A stretch of DNA of 64,000 nt from Haliotis cracherodii. Its lineage: Eukaryota. The stretch is taken from the NCBI RefSeq assembly GCF_022045235.1, contig NW_027266275.1, forward strand, positions 68,386,001 through 68,450,000. The letters are read 5' to 3'. The position numbers and the translations under genes are program-made. Shown piece by piece: positions 45,725 through 60,100 of the stretch. Positions within the stretch are counted from its first letter, which is position 1. Each line of letters starts with the position of its first letter. Below the pieces are notes generated by a model, which searched no databases, was not told where the DNA came from, and saw nothing but the letters and a program-made list of their open reading frames with translations.

Positions 45725-48700
45725 AAGGGTGATTGAACTAACAGCCAATTCTGTAAGTATTGTGTCAATAGGCCTGGGATTACAAGTGGGATTGAGTGCC
45801 ATGCTAATAACCCAAACTGTCCTGACTACCTCTACTGTGGATAATGAACCAACCTTAGAGAGCATCCATTTAATTCCATAGGGGCTGGGAAGACTTTTTA
45901 AATAAATAGTTTGTTCAGAAATATGCCCAAAATGAATAGTTTGTTCAGAAATATGCCCAAAATAAAAAGTTTGTTGGCAGTGGTGAACAAAATGTTTAGC
46001 TGGTATTGTGGATAATACCAAAACGTCAGATTGTTTGATTGTGGTCAGTAAATAAAAGGTTTGCTGAATACAGCTGGCAACACCTATTCTTGAAATTAGA
46101 CAAACTTTTATCAGATGGAGGATACGATTCTAAAATACATATCATTACAATTTCTGTCCAAATAACAACTGAAATGTTTATTCAGTTTTGTTCTAATCCT
46201 ACAGCTTCATTAGCTTACTTAACATCAATCTTGTTGCCATGGAAACATGACAAAAAGGCAACTTCAGCCATATCAAAAATCCTTGTACACATAGACACAA
46301 CTGACTAGTCTGACATCACTTCCAAAAGAGTCCTGTCTATCTCTAGCGCACTGATGCAATCTTTCCATATTAATATTTAATGTACATTCCCACACAGAAA
46401 GGTTTTGAAATGGCAGTTATTGCAATTACTAAAGCAGATAAAATTGTTCAAATTTATTTGATGAAAAAGTAATGTTTTATAAATTCAGATGAATTGCTGA
46501 AATATAACATATAAAAATCAAAAACAAATTTCAACATATCACATGTTGATGAATAAATACATTCATGTCTGTTTCCCTTAAATGGTAAATATAACAACTA
46601 AAAACATACATTAGTTGAAGGTTTTAAAATATTTGGCATTAAAAGATAAAACAGCATAAGAACAATTATTTCATGTTTCATGGAAAAATTATCACAGAGT
46701 AATAAAAGATCACACAGGAAAACTAATTTAGCAGCCAGAAAATATCCCAGCCTCTTTCTGGGGATGGAAACTTGGACCATGTAGGATAATAATGGTATTG
46801 GCATTCAGATCCATATCAGCATATCGGACAACCTAATGGTTGTGCTGACAAGTGAGTGAGCTGGGTTCAATGCTGCTTTGAACAGTATTATAGTTACATC
46901 TTAACGGTGTGACATCTTAATGAGGAAGAAAAGCCTTAAGTGATGCAGGACTCAGACATTTACCGGTACCACTTTGGTAAAACCCACAAGCACAAGTTTT
47001 CAAACCATAAAACATAATCAGGGAGAACCAGGATCTGGAACTCACAGAAACCTGTTGCCCTGATATCCTAAAAATATGTTAGTACCATGGTCGAAGTTCT
47101 ACTTCCTGAATTATATCTGTGACTATAGGAATAAAAATGAATCAAATTCCAATAGATATCTGTTTGACTTGTTGTCCAGAGAACACCTGGTATTTTGGTT
47201 TTGCCAAGTGATCTTATGTATAAAGTGTGAAACCCATTCTCTCAACTGCAGATTGAAGCTTTTGGAATCCCCAAAAAACTTGAAGCTCAAGGCTTGACAT
47301 GAAATGCCCTCAACCCCTACAGGGATCTTGGAAGTTTCTGCAGCTGTTCCCCTGGAATCCCTTATTACAGTATAATAATCACCATCTGGACCCATATGCC
47401 CTAAACACCAAGCACTTCAAATAAAAGTCTCCACTCTATACCAGTAACAACTCCCCCTCCCCAACCCATCCATCCCATCCCCCTTCACTGCAAAGATGCC
47501 TTGAGTTTATAAGCCAGTACATGTTTGGAGACTGGATTTCAAGATTTAGACTGTATACCTATCTTGCATATGTCTTAATATAGAATAGATAACAAAGTTG
47601 TATACTTAAAAACCAAAGGCTGTTGTTTTAGCTCATCAGTGAGATAAGAAGCACACATTGTATGGTTTCGAAATTGTAATAAACCTCCAATTATAGATTA
47701 AACCCCCATAAATATCCCCTTGGCCTCAGCTAAACCCTGGCTTCCTACTCTGTTGATTTTTATATCAAACATTAGTAAGAAATTTACACTTGAGTTGAAA
47801 TCAATAAAATAATGGTGTTTTTCTCTCTAAATCTTTTTACGATATTCCATGAAACAGAAAAAATTAATTCATTGACATGAATAAATACATAATACATGTG
47901 AATCTGACTAGATAACACTTTATACATAATACATCCTTCACCAGAACAATCATAATTCATAACACATATATGACGACATTTAATGAGATCATTTCAAACC
48001 CTCAATCGTACAAGATTATTTGAATTCAAATAGTTACAAGTTGACTAAATCTATAAATTCATTTCGTAACAAATATCAACAAGTGTGATATACCAATGTT
48101 ACCACAGCAACCAGGTACTAATATTTAACAAATACAATAACCTTGTACAATGAGGGTAGTTTGTAATATTTGGTACTTGACACAAGTATCAAGAAGATGC
48201 AAAGCCATGAACAATGTACAGAGGGGCTTCATCAGAGGGTTACGATCGTGGAGTATAGTCAAAGAGACCATGTCTTCCCGGTAAATGTCATTTCAAATGT
48301 TTAAAAGCAGAATATAACATCACTTTTACAAACATCATAATAATTCCTTGCTCATGTTATTTTTGTATACATGGTCTTATGACAAGATAAGGCAAAACAA
48401 ATTATTATTTTTACTGATATTTCACTGTAAAAATACTCGGTGGCAATATTCAGAATTAAAACAAATAGTCAGAGTTGAATATTTCTTAGTAGATCTTGAT
48501 TCAAAACAAGATTCTTGAAATTAAAGGTATAACAGAATATGATGTTCTGAATATACTAAAAGAGTTATGTTGATTTTAAGCATTTTGTAATTAATGTTAC
48601 ATTTGCTTAATATGGGTAGAATTATCTGTAAAAATACACAGTCAATTTAAAACGTTAATATAAATGTCTGTGTGAACTTACTGTACCCTCAGTGATATAT

Positions 48701-49050
48701 TGAAATCAGTTCAAAAACAACAATAACAATGGCTTGTTCAAGCTCCTGCACCATTAACTCATTAAAACAGTCAATGACCTTGACCTCAGGAACAAATCTA
48801 ATACTGTCCAAAGCCTGCACCAAAAGCATAAAGATTCCTGGAATCCAGTTTCATCTGTAAACCCCTTGTGTAGATACGTTAACATCGCTAAGGAACAATC
48901 ATGACTTTGAGTGCACATTCAATACTTCCAAGGTCTTGTTCACAACACATTCTTCCAATAACTTGTGAATAAATACACCTGTTTCCAGTGTTGACTTCAC
49001 TATATTCAACTGATGAATCAAGCCATGGCCTGGTTCCAGCCAGTGCTCCG

Positions 49051-49190
49051 TGAGTGAGTATGGTTTTACACCGCTTTTAGCAATATTCCAGCAATATTAC
49101 GGCGGGGGACACCAGAAATGGGCTTCACACAGACCCTGGTCTTCGGCGTGACAAGCGAACGCTTTAACCACTAGGCTACCCCAACGCCCC
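49051..49190 (-). mobile_element. SINE family A (internal deletion)
   Basis: 16-bp TSD tccagccagtgctccg. Confidence 0.9.
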
Positions 49191-49319
49191 TCCAGCCAGT
49201 GCTCCGACCAATGAGTGTTTAGATGACATTGCACAAACAACAATACTTCTCGTGCAACATGCGCCATGCGGCCATCTGCTCTACGCTCTACACACTAGTT
49301 TCAATACCAGACAGTGAGA

Positions 49320-50004
49320 GTGAGTTGGGTTTAACGCCGCTTTTAACAGTATTCCAGTTATATCACGGTGTCAGCTTAATGTGGGAGGAAAGCCAGAAGT
49401 GATGCAGGTCTCAGACGTTTACCACTTCGATGAAACCTACGAGCACGGGTATGGTGCTGACAAACCTAGAAACATAATTGGGGAGAACAGGATTCGAACC
49501 CACAATCATAGGTTTCTGACGTGCCGAAGGGACGCAACTCTGCACAGAGAATCGTGGCCCCTTAGACTGCCCCCCCCCCCCCCCCCCCCCCCCCACCCCC
49601 CCCAAGACAATGAGAAGTCCATGCACATGCTTCATTTGACTTCCGTGAGTTATAAACAGACTCATTTCATTAACAGATTTAAAACAGACACACCTTACGT
49701 CTTCACCAGAGAGCAGACATTTGTATTAACATGAAGATGTGAATGAGTTAGGTTTAACACCGATTTGAACAGTATTCCAGTTACATCACGGCATGTCAGC
49801 TTAAAGTTGGAGGCAAGCCCAAAGTGATGCAGGTCTCAGATACTTACCGCTTTAGTGAAACCCATGAGTACGGATATGGTACTGACAAACCTAGAACTTA
49901 ATCGGGACGAACCGGAATTCAATTCCAATATCACAGTTTGTGGTATGCTCAAGGGATGCAACTATCCACAGTGAATTGCAGTGCTTTAGATGGCTGGGCC
50001 CCCA
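49320..50004 (-). mobile_element. Two SINE family C copies (49320-49603 with poly-C expansion at head; 49740-50004)
   Basis: First copy TSD agaca(g/a)tgaga; another diverged copy at about 46851-47075. Confidence 0.85.
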
Positions 50005-50254
50005 TGCACCCAATATGGTTGAAGGAAGAATGTAGTGTATACAAACACGGGAAGTATTGACAATGCAATGAGTATGAACACATGAGGAGTGTTTCCTGCC
50101 CCATAAGATCCTTTTCCTTTGACACGACTTGTGGAAAAAACTGACAAGATCCTCAACATGTACAGGTGTATCTCGAGTTGTGTTCTATGGTCAGGATGCA
50201 TCGCTCAACACCCTTACAACCACCTGCAAAATAGTAGCTATGTGCTGCTTGTGT

Positions 50255-50775
50255 AGTAACGAGTATTGGTTACAGCAACAAGTATTGGTTACAGCAACAC
50301 GTTTTGGTTACAGCAACAAGTATTGGTTACAGCAACACGCATTGGTTACAGCAACAAGTATTGGTTACAGCAACACGTATTGGTTACAGCAACAAGTATT
50401 GGTTACAGCAACACGTATTGGTTACAGCAACACGTATTGGTTACAGCAACACGTATTGGTTACAGCAACAAGTATTGTTTACAGGAACAAGTATTGGTTA
50501 CAGCAACAAGTATTGGTTACAGTAACAGGTATCAGTTGCAGCAACATGTAATGGTTATAGCAACACGAATTGGTTATAGCAACACAAATTGGTTACAGCA
50601 ACAAGTATTGGTTACAGCTACACATATTGGTTACACGAACAAGTATTGGTTACAGCAACATGTATTGGTTACAGTAACAGGTATCGGTTGCAGTAACACT
50701 TATTGCTTATAGCAATACATATTGGTTATAGCAACACGTATTGGTTATACCAACACGTATTACTTATAGCAACAT
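50255..50775. repeat. 19-bp minisatellite
   Basis: (gtattggttacagcaaca[a/c])n. Confidence 0.95.
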
Positions 50776-51474
50776 GTTTTATGAAGGTCAATGCAAAATC
50801 AGCATGATGCACTGGTCTGCAGCACATAGCAACAATGATGCAGGCAGCTTCCAAACTTTAAAACACAAATGTTTAAAAAATCATTGATTGACACAATATT
50901 GCCATTTCATTTACAGCACATTTGAGCATCGGTATATATGCTATCACATATCAAAGCAAGTGTTAAATGTACAAACAGGAAAATAAAATAATATCACTGG
51001 CTGTAAGACACATTATATAAGGAAACAAAAAGAAAATATATAATGTTCAATAATTAAAATAATCAGGGTAAAAAAATGGAAAACTATCTTCCTTAAAATG
51101 ACACACCTTTATGTTACAGCTTTCCGGTGGAGATAATCTGCTCTGCAGCCTAATTAATGCAAAGCCAATATTTGTGACCTCACTGGCTGAAATTCATTGA
51201 AAAACATTCAGGGAAGATTCAGACATTCGTTGGTCTTTGACTGTTTCTATTTGAGACCTAAAAACCATCTAGTTCAAAGGAGGTCATTTGATAAATCAGT
51301 CACAACAACAAAAATTAACCCATGAGAATGCATGTCATACACAAACAGATCTCAATCTTGGGCATAATTAAATCATTAGTAAAGTATCTCATCTCAAACC
51401 ATGTTACAAAGTGGACATTCACATTTCAGAGAATCATATGTACAACAATACAAATACATGTCAAATAATTAGAA

Positions 51475-52832
51475 AATGATAGAACTTACGTGATCTTTGG
51501 CAATAGTAATACACAAGTCTTGGATCTCGGGCACATCTAGTCATACATAATGTGATAGAACTGATGTGACCTTTGGCAATAGTAATACACAAGTCTTGGA
51601 TCTCAGGTACATCTAGTCATAACATGATAGAACTTACATGATCTTTGGCAATAGTAATACGCAAGTCTTGGATCTCAGGCACATCTAGTCATACATAATG
51701 TGATAGAACTGATGTGACCTTTGGCAATAGTAATACACAAGTCTTGGATCTCAGGTACATCTAGTCATAACATGTTAGAACTTACGTGATCTTTGGCAAT
51801 AGTAATACACAAGTCTTGGATCTCAGGTACATCTAGTCATAACATGTTAGAACTTATGTGATCTTTGGCAATAGTAATACGCAAGTCTTGGATCTCAGGT
51901 ACATCTAGTCATAGCATGATAGAACTTACGTGATCTTTGGCAATAGTAATACGCAAGTCTTGGATCTCAGGTACATCTAGTCATAGCATGATAGAACTTA
52001 CGTGATCTTTGGCAATAGTAATACGCAAGTCTTGGATCTCAGGCACATCTAGTCATAGCATGATAGAACTTACGTGATCTTTGGCAATAGTAATACGCAA
52101 GTCTTGGATCTCAGGCACATCTAGTCATAACATGATAGAACTTACATGATCTTTGGCAATAGTAATACGCAAGTCTTGGATCTCAGGCACATCTAGTCAT
52201 AGCATGATAGAACTTACATGATCTTTGGCAATAGTAATACGCAAGTCTTGGATCTCAGGCACATCTAGTCATATCATGATAGAACTGATGTGATCTTTGG
52301 CAATAGTAATACGCAAGTCTTGGATCTCAGGCACATCTAGTCATAGCATGATAGAACTTACGTGATCTTTGGCAATAGTAATACGCAAGTCTTGGATCTC
52401 AGGCACATCTAGTCATATCATGATAGAACTGACGTGATCTTTGGCAATAGTAATACGCAAGTCTTGGATCTCAGGTACATCTAGTCATAACATGTTAGAA
52501 CTTACATGATCTTTGGCAATAGTAATACGCAAGTCTTGGATCTCGGGCACATCTAGTCATAGCATGATAGAACTTACGTGATCTTTGGCAATAGTAATAC
52601 GCAAGTCTTGGATCTCAGGCACATCTAGTCATATCATGATAGAACTGACGTGATCTTTGGCAATAGTAATACGCAAGTCTTGGATCTCAGGTACATCTAG
52701 TCATAACATGTTAGAACTTACATGATCTTTGGCAATAGTAATACGCAAGTCTTGGATCTCAGGCACATCTAGTCATAGCATGATAAAACTGATGTGACCT
52801 TTGGCAATAGTAATACACAAGTCTTGGATCTC
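51475..52832. repeat. 72-bp minisatellite
   Basis: Unit catgatagaacttacgtgatctttggcaatagtaatacgcaagtcttggatctcaggcacatctagtcatag, about 19 copies. Confidence 0.95.
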
Positions 52833-54018
52833 ATCCTCTTTACAGTGACCTCATCTCTGATTTGCCCCCTGTAAGTGATTTTGAATTTCACTTGTTGCTA
52901 CAGAGCTATGAGCTGACCCATAGTGTTTTCCTGTCATATTCCTGATCCGGAACAAACCACACCTACAACCCTGTCATAATGTACATGAATCATAATCCCA
53001 CAAAAACTGCAACAAGGTTTGCTTCCCAAAACACTGGCCTTCAAATATGTGTACCTACATTTTCGATCATGCAACTTTCGATGCACTCACTGGGCTAGAA
53101 TCATTGAGAGGGTACAGATCTTTTTACTCAATAAGTGAATATATTGCTGCACGATATACATTCTTGTATTTGAAGGCAAGTGTCTTAGGAAGTGAATCAT
53201 GTTGCATTGTCATCAGAATACCATGCATGCACTTTGCTGAAGCAGATAAAATGTGACATAGATTTGAATCGGGAATCTATCAGGAAAACACGAGTGGAAT
53301 GCCCATAGCCCTGTGTAGCAACAAGACAATATCAAAATCTATTATAGGGAACAGCATAGAGATATGGTTCCTGCAGCTATTTACACATGAGCAAACATCT
53401 CCATCTCATCAATCAGGATGAATTTAATGTCTGCCTTGTAACAAACAACAATTCTCACTTGACTAGCATTATTTTACACATTACAAAAATAGACCACCTG
53501 GACGTGCCAATTTCAATTTCATAAGACATTGCAGGAGTACAAATTGTTGATTTTTTAAAGATTTAAAAAAATATGTTGATCAACTGTATCACAAGATACA
53601 TGCCCCATGGGTATACTTGAAACTTAGTGCAACGTATCGTACCTCAAAATAGGAACTCAGTCTGTGCTAGAAACGTTTGCATCAACTCGTCCTGAATTTT
53701 TGGAGTGGATGTTGCTGCATACAAGGGTAGTAATAAGCTAAGATAACAAGACTAAGATAAACTTTACTGGACTTGTGGCTCAAGTCACAGATTGTTAACT
53801 TATCTTACTACTGAGCAACACTTGTAAATTTGAATGCAGAATGTACAAAAACACAGCTGACTTAAAATAATATTTTTGTACAGACTGAATATTCCATTAA
53901 TAATTGTATTGATATTCTTTATCACAGCTTTACACTGAAACACTAGATATTTTGTTGTTTATCGAAGTAAGGATTGTCAGGATGGCTCGTGGTTGCAGTC
54001 GAGTCACATGATGATTGA

Positions 54019-54100
54019 TCATTTCAGGCGTGGTGCAGATCGATCGTTGGTTAGTGTTTTACGCAAAGCCACATTCGCAAACATAGGATTCCTGTTGCGT
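54019..54100 (-). CDS. BAIAP2: BAIAP2-like last coding exon
   Basis: ttcgttccag|A CGC AAC...AAA TGA; RNRNPMFANVALRKTLTNDRSAPRLK*. Confidence 0.9.
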
Positions 54101-57100
54101 CTGGAACGAAAGCACAGACCCTCTTTAACACATGTTCCATAGAGAACAGACTCTTTAACACCTGTTCCATGGAGCGGAGACTCTCTTTAACACCTGTTCC
54201 ATGGAGCGGAGACTCTCTTTAACACCTATTCTATGGAGCAAAGACCCTCTTTAATACCTGTTCCATGGAGCATAGACCCTCTTTAACACCTGTTCCATGG
54301 AGCATAGATCCTCTTTAATACCTGTTCCATGGAGCATAGACCCTCTTTAACACCTATTCTATGGAGGATAGACACTCTTTAATACCTGTTCCATGGAGCA
54401 TAGACCCTCTTTAACACCTGTTCTATGAAGCACTGACTCTCTTTAACAGGTAGGTCCATAAAAATATATACTATTTTGACGTGACTATGGCTTGGCCAGA
54501 CTCCTTAAAACCTTTTCCATGGATCACAGACCCTCTTTAACACCTGTTCCATGGATCACAGACCCTCTTTAATACCTGTTCCATGGAGCACAAACCCTCT
54601 TTAACACCTGTTCCAAGGAGCATAGACCCTCTTTTACACCTGTTCCATGGAGCACAGACCCTCTTTTACACCTGTTCCATGGAGCATAGACCCTACTTTA
54701 ATACCTGTTCCATGGATCACAAACCTTCTTTAATACCTGTTCCATTGAGCACAAACCCTCTTTAATACTGGTTCCATGGAGCATAGACCCTCTTTAACAC
54801 CTGTTCCATGAAGCACAGACCTCCTTTAACACCTGTTCTATGGAGTGTACACCCTCTTTAACACCTGCTCCATGGAGCATAGACCCTACTTCAATACCTG
54901 TTCCATGGATCACAAACCCTCTTTAATACCTGCTCCATGGAGCACAAACCCTCTTTAACACTGGTTCCATGGAGCATAGACCCTCTTTAACACCTGCTCC
55001 ATGGAGCATAGACCCTACTTTAATACCTGTTCCATGGATCACAAACCCTCTTTAATACCTGTTCCACGGTGCACAAACCCTCTTTAACACTGGTTCCATG
55101 GAGCACAAACCCTCTTTAACACTGGTTCCATGGAGCACAAACCCTCTTGAACACCTGTTCCATGGAGCACAGACCCCCTTTAACGGCTGTTCTATGGAGT
55201 GTACACCCTCTTTAGCACCTGAACCATGGAACACAAATCCTCGTTAACACCTGTTCCATGTGAAAACCCCTCTACACTTGTGCCTACTTACGGGTCTTCC
55301 TCTTCAACGTTGTAGTCAGTCGGTGGTGGAGGTGGTGGGAACCCAGGGGAGGTGTTCCCGGACCAGTGTTGTTGCTGGCTTGTGACCGGTGGCGGAGGTG
55401 GGGGAGGAGCTTGTGGAGCTTGCGGAGCCTGTGCCATCTGCTGATGGAGCCCTGTCTGGTAGTGGTGGTCATGCTGACGGGGCAGTGTGTGGACTTCACC
55501 CTGACTGGTCAGAATCTGAGACAGAGTGGTGCCTTGAATTGAAACAGGGTGCACGGAAGAGGAAGAGGAAGAAGAAGAGAGAGGATTCATAGGAGGAAGA
55601 GGGGGAGGGGGAGGAGGAAGGGAGGAAGGATTTGTAGAATGAGAGTTAGAAAGATAAGATGCAGGCAAGGCTGGGCTTTGAGACCTGCCTTCCATCATGC
55701 CAGGGTTATGGGCTGGACTCTGAGATCGAACTTCTCTCATGCTAGGGTTTCGGGACAACGGTCTAAGGACATGCTTGGGTGTGCGGGGCGTGCCATGGCC
55801 ATCATCATATGGTGGCTGTGGTGCTGGCTGTGTTGGGGCTGGGGGGTGAGGGAGAGAATTAGGGACAGAATCATGCAATGGTCTCCCCGTAGGAGGGTGG
55901 ATCTCCAGGGAGGGAACTCCATGCTGCTTGAAGGAAATTGGAACAACTGGTTACAATCATGATAATATGGATCAGGGTTTGTGATAGCAATGAAGATATC
56001 TTGTGAATGAGTTAACAGTTGGAGGAGGTTGTTAATTTTATTAGCCAGTTAGTCCGTATATGAGATGAGATATTGCTGAAATATGTTCTTGCACTCATTA
56101 TCAATATCTTTTAACTAGAAAAATAAAAGAGCTTTTTTTCACATCTGTAAAAGACATATTAAAATAAATACTTGTTCTCTTGAAAAATATGCAAATATTA
56201 GTCACAAGTATTAACAGAAGAAGGACACAGCGGCATAATCCACATGCAAAGATGCAGCTCTAACCTCCAGAAGCATACAGACCGGTAAACACATACATGA
56301 ATACTGAACCAACTACAAACAACAGCACCTCATAACAACAAACAACAGCAGCACCACAAAACAACAAACAGCACCTCGTACAACAAACAGCACCTCACAC
56401 AACAAACAGCACCCTGCAAAACAAACAGCACCTCACACAACAAACAGCACCTCATAACAACAAACAGCACCTCACACAACAAACAGCACCTCACAAAACA
56501 AACGGCACCTCACAAAACAAACGGCACTTCATACAACAAACAGCACCTCACACAACAAACTGCACCTCATAACAACAAACAACACCTCACACAACAAACA
56601 GCACCTCATACAACAAACAGCGGCTCATAACAACAAACTGCACCTCATAACAACAAACTGCACCTCACACAACAAACAGCACCTCGTACAACAAACAGCA
56701 CCTCACACAACCAACAGCACCTCGCACAACAAACTGCACCTCATAACAACAAACAACACCTCACACAACAAACAGCACCTCATACAACAAACAGCACCTC
56801 ATAACAACAAACAGCACCTCACACAACAAACAGCACCTCATACAACAAACAGCACCTCATAACAACAAACAGCACCTCATAACAACAAACAGCACCTCAC
56901 ACAACAAACTGCACCTCGAACAACAAACAGCACCTCATACAACAAATAGCACCTCACACAACCAACAGCGGCTCATAACAACAAACAGCACCTCATAACA
57001 ACAAACAGCACCTCATAACAACAAACAGCACCTCACACAACAAACTGCACCTCGAACAACAAACAGCACCTCATACAACAAATAGCACCTCACACAACCA

Positions 57101-60100
57101 ACAGCGGCTCATAACAACAAACAGCACCTCATAACAACAAACAGCACCTCATACAACAAACTGCACCTCATAACAACAAACAGCACCTCGCACAACAAAT
57201 AGCACCTCGAACAACAAACTGCACCTCATAACAACAAACTGCACCTCATAACAACAAACAGCACCTCATAACAACAAACTGCACCTCATAACAAACTGCA
57301 CCTCATAACAACAAACTGCACCTCATAACAACAAACAGCACCTCTTAACAACAAACAGCACCTCATACAACAAACTGCACCTCATAACAACAAACTGCAC
57401 CTCATACAACAAACTGCACCTCGAACAACAAACAGCACCTCATACAACAAACAGCACCTCACACAACCCACAGCACCTCATACAACAAACTGCACCTCAT
57501 ACCAACAAAATGCACCTCATACAACAAACACCACCTCATAACAACAAACAGCACCTCATAACAACAAACACCACCTCATAACAACAAACAGCACCTCATA
57601 CAACAAACTGCACCTCATAACAACAAACAGCACTTTGTACAACAAACAGCACCTCGCACAACAAACACCACCTCATAACAACAAACAGCACCTCATAATA
57701 ACAAACAGCACCTCATAACAACAAACAGCACCTTATAACAACAAACAGCACCTCGCACAACAAACAGCACCTCATACAACAACAAAAAAGGTGTTAAGGG
57801 CAAGTATTTGGTATCTATCACACACACCAGCTCTGCCAATGGTTAGCCCAGACACTCAAACAAACTACATTCACAAAAAACACCCTGCTTTATGTAACCA
57901 TAGAAACAAGAATTACAAATACAAAGATGAGACAACAATAATTTGTTGATCCCCTGGCACTTGTATCAAGATTGTATTTATTAGGTCTTGACTGCATGCA
58001 TAAAAACTGTAAGAACTTTATTTACCTTTTCGGTTTTTTTTGGTTACAAAAAATATCACATAGAGTTAAAACATGATTCTATTTCATGCATCATGGTGTT
58101 CCCGAAGTTATTCAATCAAGAGTTATCACACAGTTGGAACCCCAAATGTCAAACACACTCTCCACACAAACATAGGCTGAAGCGAAACTTTGGAACGAAC
58201 AGAAACCAGTAACAAAACAACTTGGATTAAAGCATTCCAAACAGCTGTGTGCGAGTCATATTTTATGCAACTGTGTGTAGTCAGGCATGTTGAATAAGCA
58301 TTCCTGGCAGGTAAAGTAAGTGTCTATCTTCAATTGTTGAGGATATCTTCTGGTAGAGTCTTGTGAAGGGGTTCCCTTAAAATGCTTGTCAGTCTATCTC
58401 CAACATGAAACTAAACACTCAGCATTATACATGTAACATATTAAACTAGAGAAGAAGTCAATCCCATCATCTTACAAGAGGTTGATTAGCACTAAGTGTA
58501 CGTGAGGAGTGACACAACTTTAACTACAACGTCACTGCATTCTCAGAACATCGCTTCATACCATTGGAGGTTAAAAGAGAGTACATACATTTCATCCATG
58601 TGCAAAAAATGGACACTCACAAAATGGTTGGTTTCGGAAGAATGTTGAAAATATCAACATATTCAAAAGAGTTAAAATTAATAATAGCACTTTCATGTTG
58701 AACTGTGAGCAACTGGCCTATCTATATCATGCCACATGTCCCTTCATGTGTGCATAAGGCCTGCTGATTAATAAGTGCACCTTGCGCAAAATAATGCAAA
58801 GTAAAACTATCTTCTTTTATTCGAAGAGCACGACAGAACCATTTTGATTTTGAAAATACGTATCTTAGTAAAACTGAAGTACCTTTCGACAAGCCAGCAG
58901 ACATCCTTATGTACAGAGAGCCAGTGATTGACGGCTAGTGAACTGTAGGAGAATGAAGAGCCAATTTCCCAGCGAAAGAAACTAACTGTTTTAGCCCACT
59001 AGTTCTAATAATGATAACATGTAACAAAACCCTTAATAATGGCAAATTTCTACAAGTCCTTACGATACAACAACTATTGGGAAGTTTAGCAAGGACTACA
59101 GGACTAGTGTCTATTTTTAACGCTGCATTTGCAGATTTCAGTCATTTCATACACACAGCTACCTGAAGTAGCCACAGTAATACTACAGCTACGCCACGTC
59201 AGTCTGTATGGGATCAACCGTTTGATATTCTCAGGGAAGGCTGGGACTTAGGAAAACACATAACTTCAGCAAGAAAAAAATATGGTTAGGAAAAATATAT
59301 TGTATGGTTTCTCCGTATAGAGACTAAATTTGTATGTTGTGAAGAAGTGGCCAAAAAATATCCTGCGACTGTCTCTAACAAAATGTCCCAGACTTCCCCC
59401 TCCTCTATACACACCCCTACCCCAGAATATCAAATGGTTGCTCCTTAAGTCTTAACTACTGTTCCACCCAAACTGCCCACAGGGAACTACAACAGAAAGG
59501 CAACACAAAGACAACGACCATGCAGGACTGAGCACCACCACAAACTGCATGCAGTACCTTGGGGTCATAGTAGGGGTCAGGCAGGGTCTGGTACAGCTCC
59601 TGGGAACCCATGTCAACCTGGGGTGAAGGTCGAGGAAGGGTATGAAAGCCAGAGCTAGCTCGAGCAGAGGACGTGTCGGACCCTATCCCCCCATAGGACA
59701 GCATGTGAGGGGCAAAGTCACCACTGGTTGTGTGGTACAGGTGACTCGACCATGGTGACATAGACGAGGTGGTGGGCATAGGGGGCTGGAATGCAAGGTC
59801 GGGAGGTCAAGGTCAAAGTGGCATAGCACAGGTTCATCAACAGTCCATGGGGAAATAGTATTCAAACGTTTCTTCCACATGTGTTCCATAATTTCAGTTA
59901 CAAATACCAAAAACAGTGTTTCCTAAAAGAATCACAGTTTTGCCAGACTTTTTCAGTTCACATTTTTGGAGGAAATTTAACAAACATGATAGCAAACAGC
60001 CAAACATGGAAAACTTTCATCATGCACCAAAATTTACTTTACACTACCACAATACAGTTAACACACTAATGGCTATATAATGTTTCATTTCATACCAATA

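Noticed and set aside
50129-50712. Repetitive WLQQQVLVTAT ORFs
   Set aside because: Frame-cycling translation of a 19-bp minisatellite.
55288-55878. Formin FH1 or WASP-type gene
   Set aside because: Flanking exons give SH3 and the TNDRSAP terminus of IRSp53; no FH2 or VCA acidic region follows.
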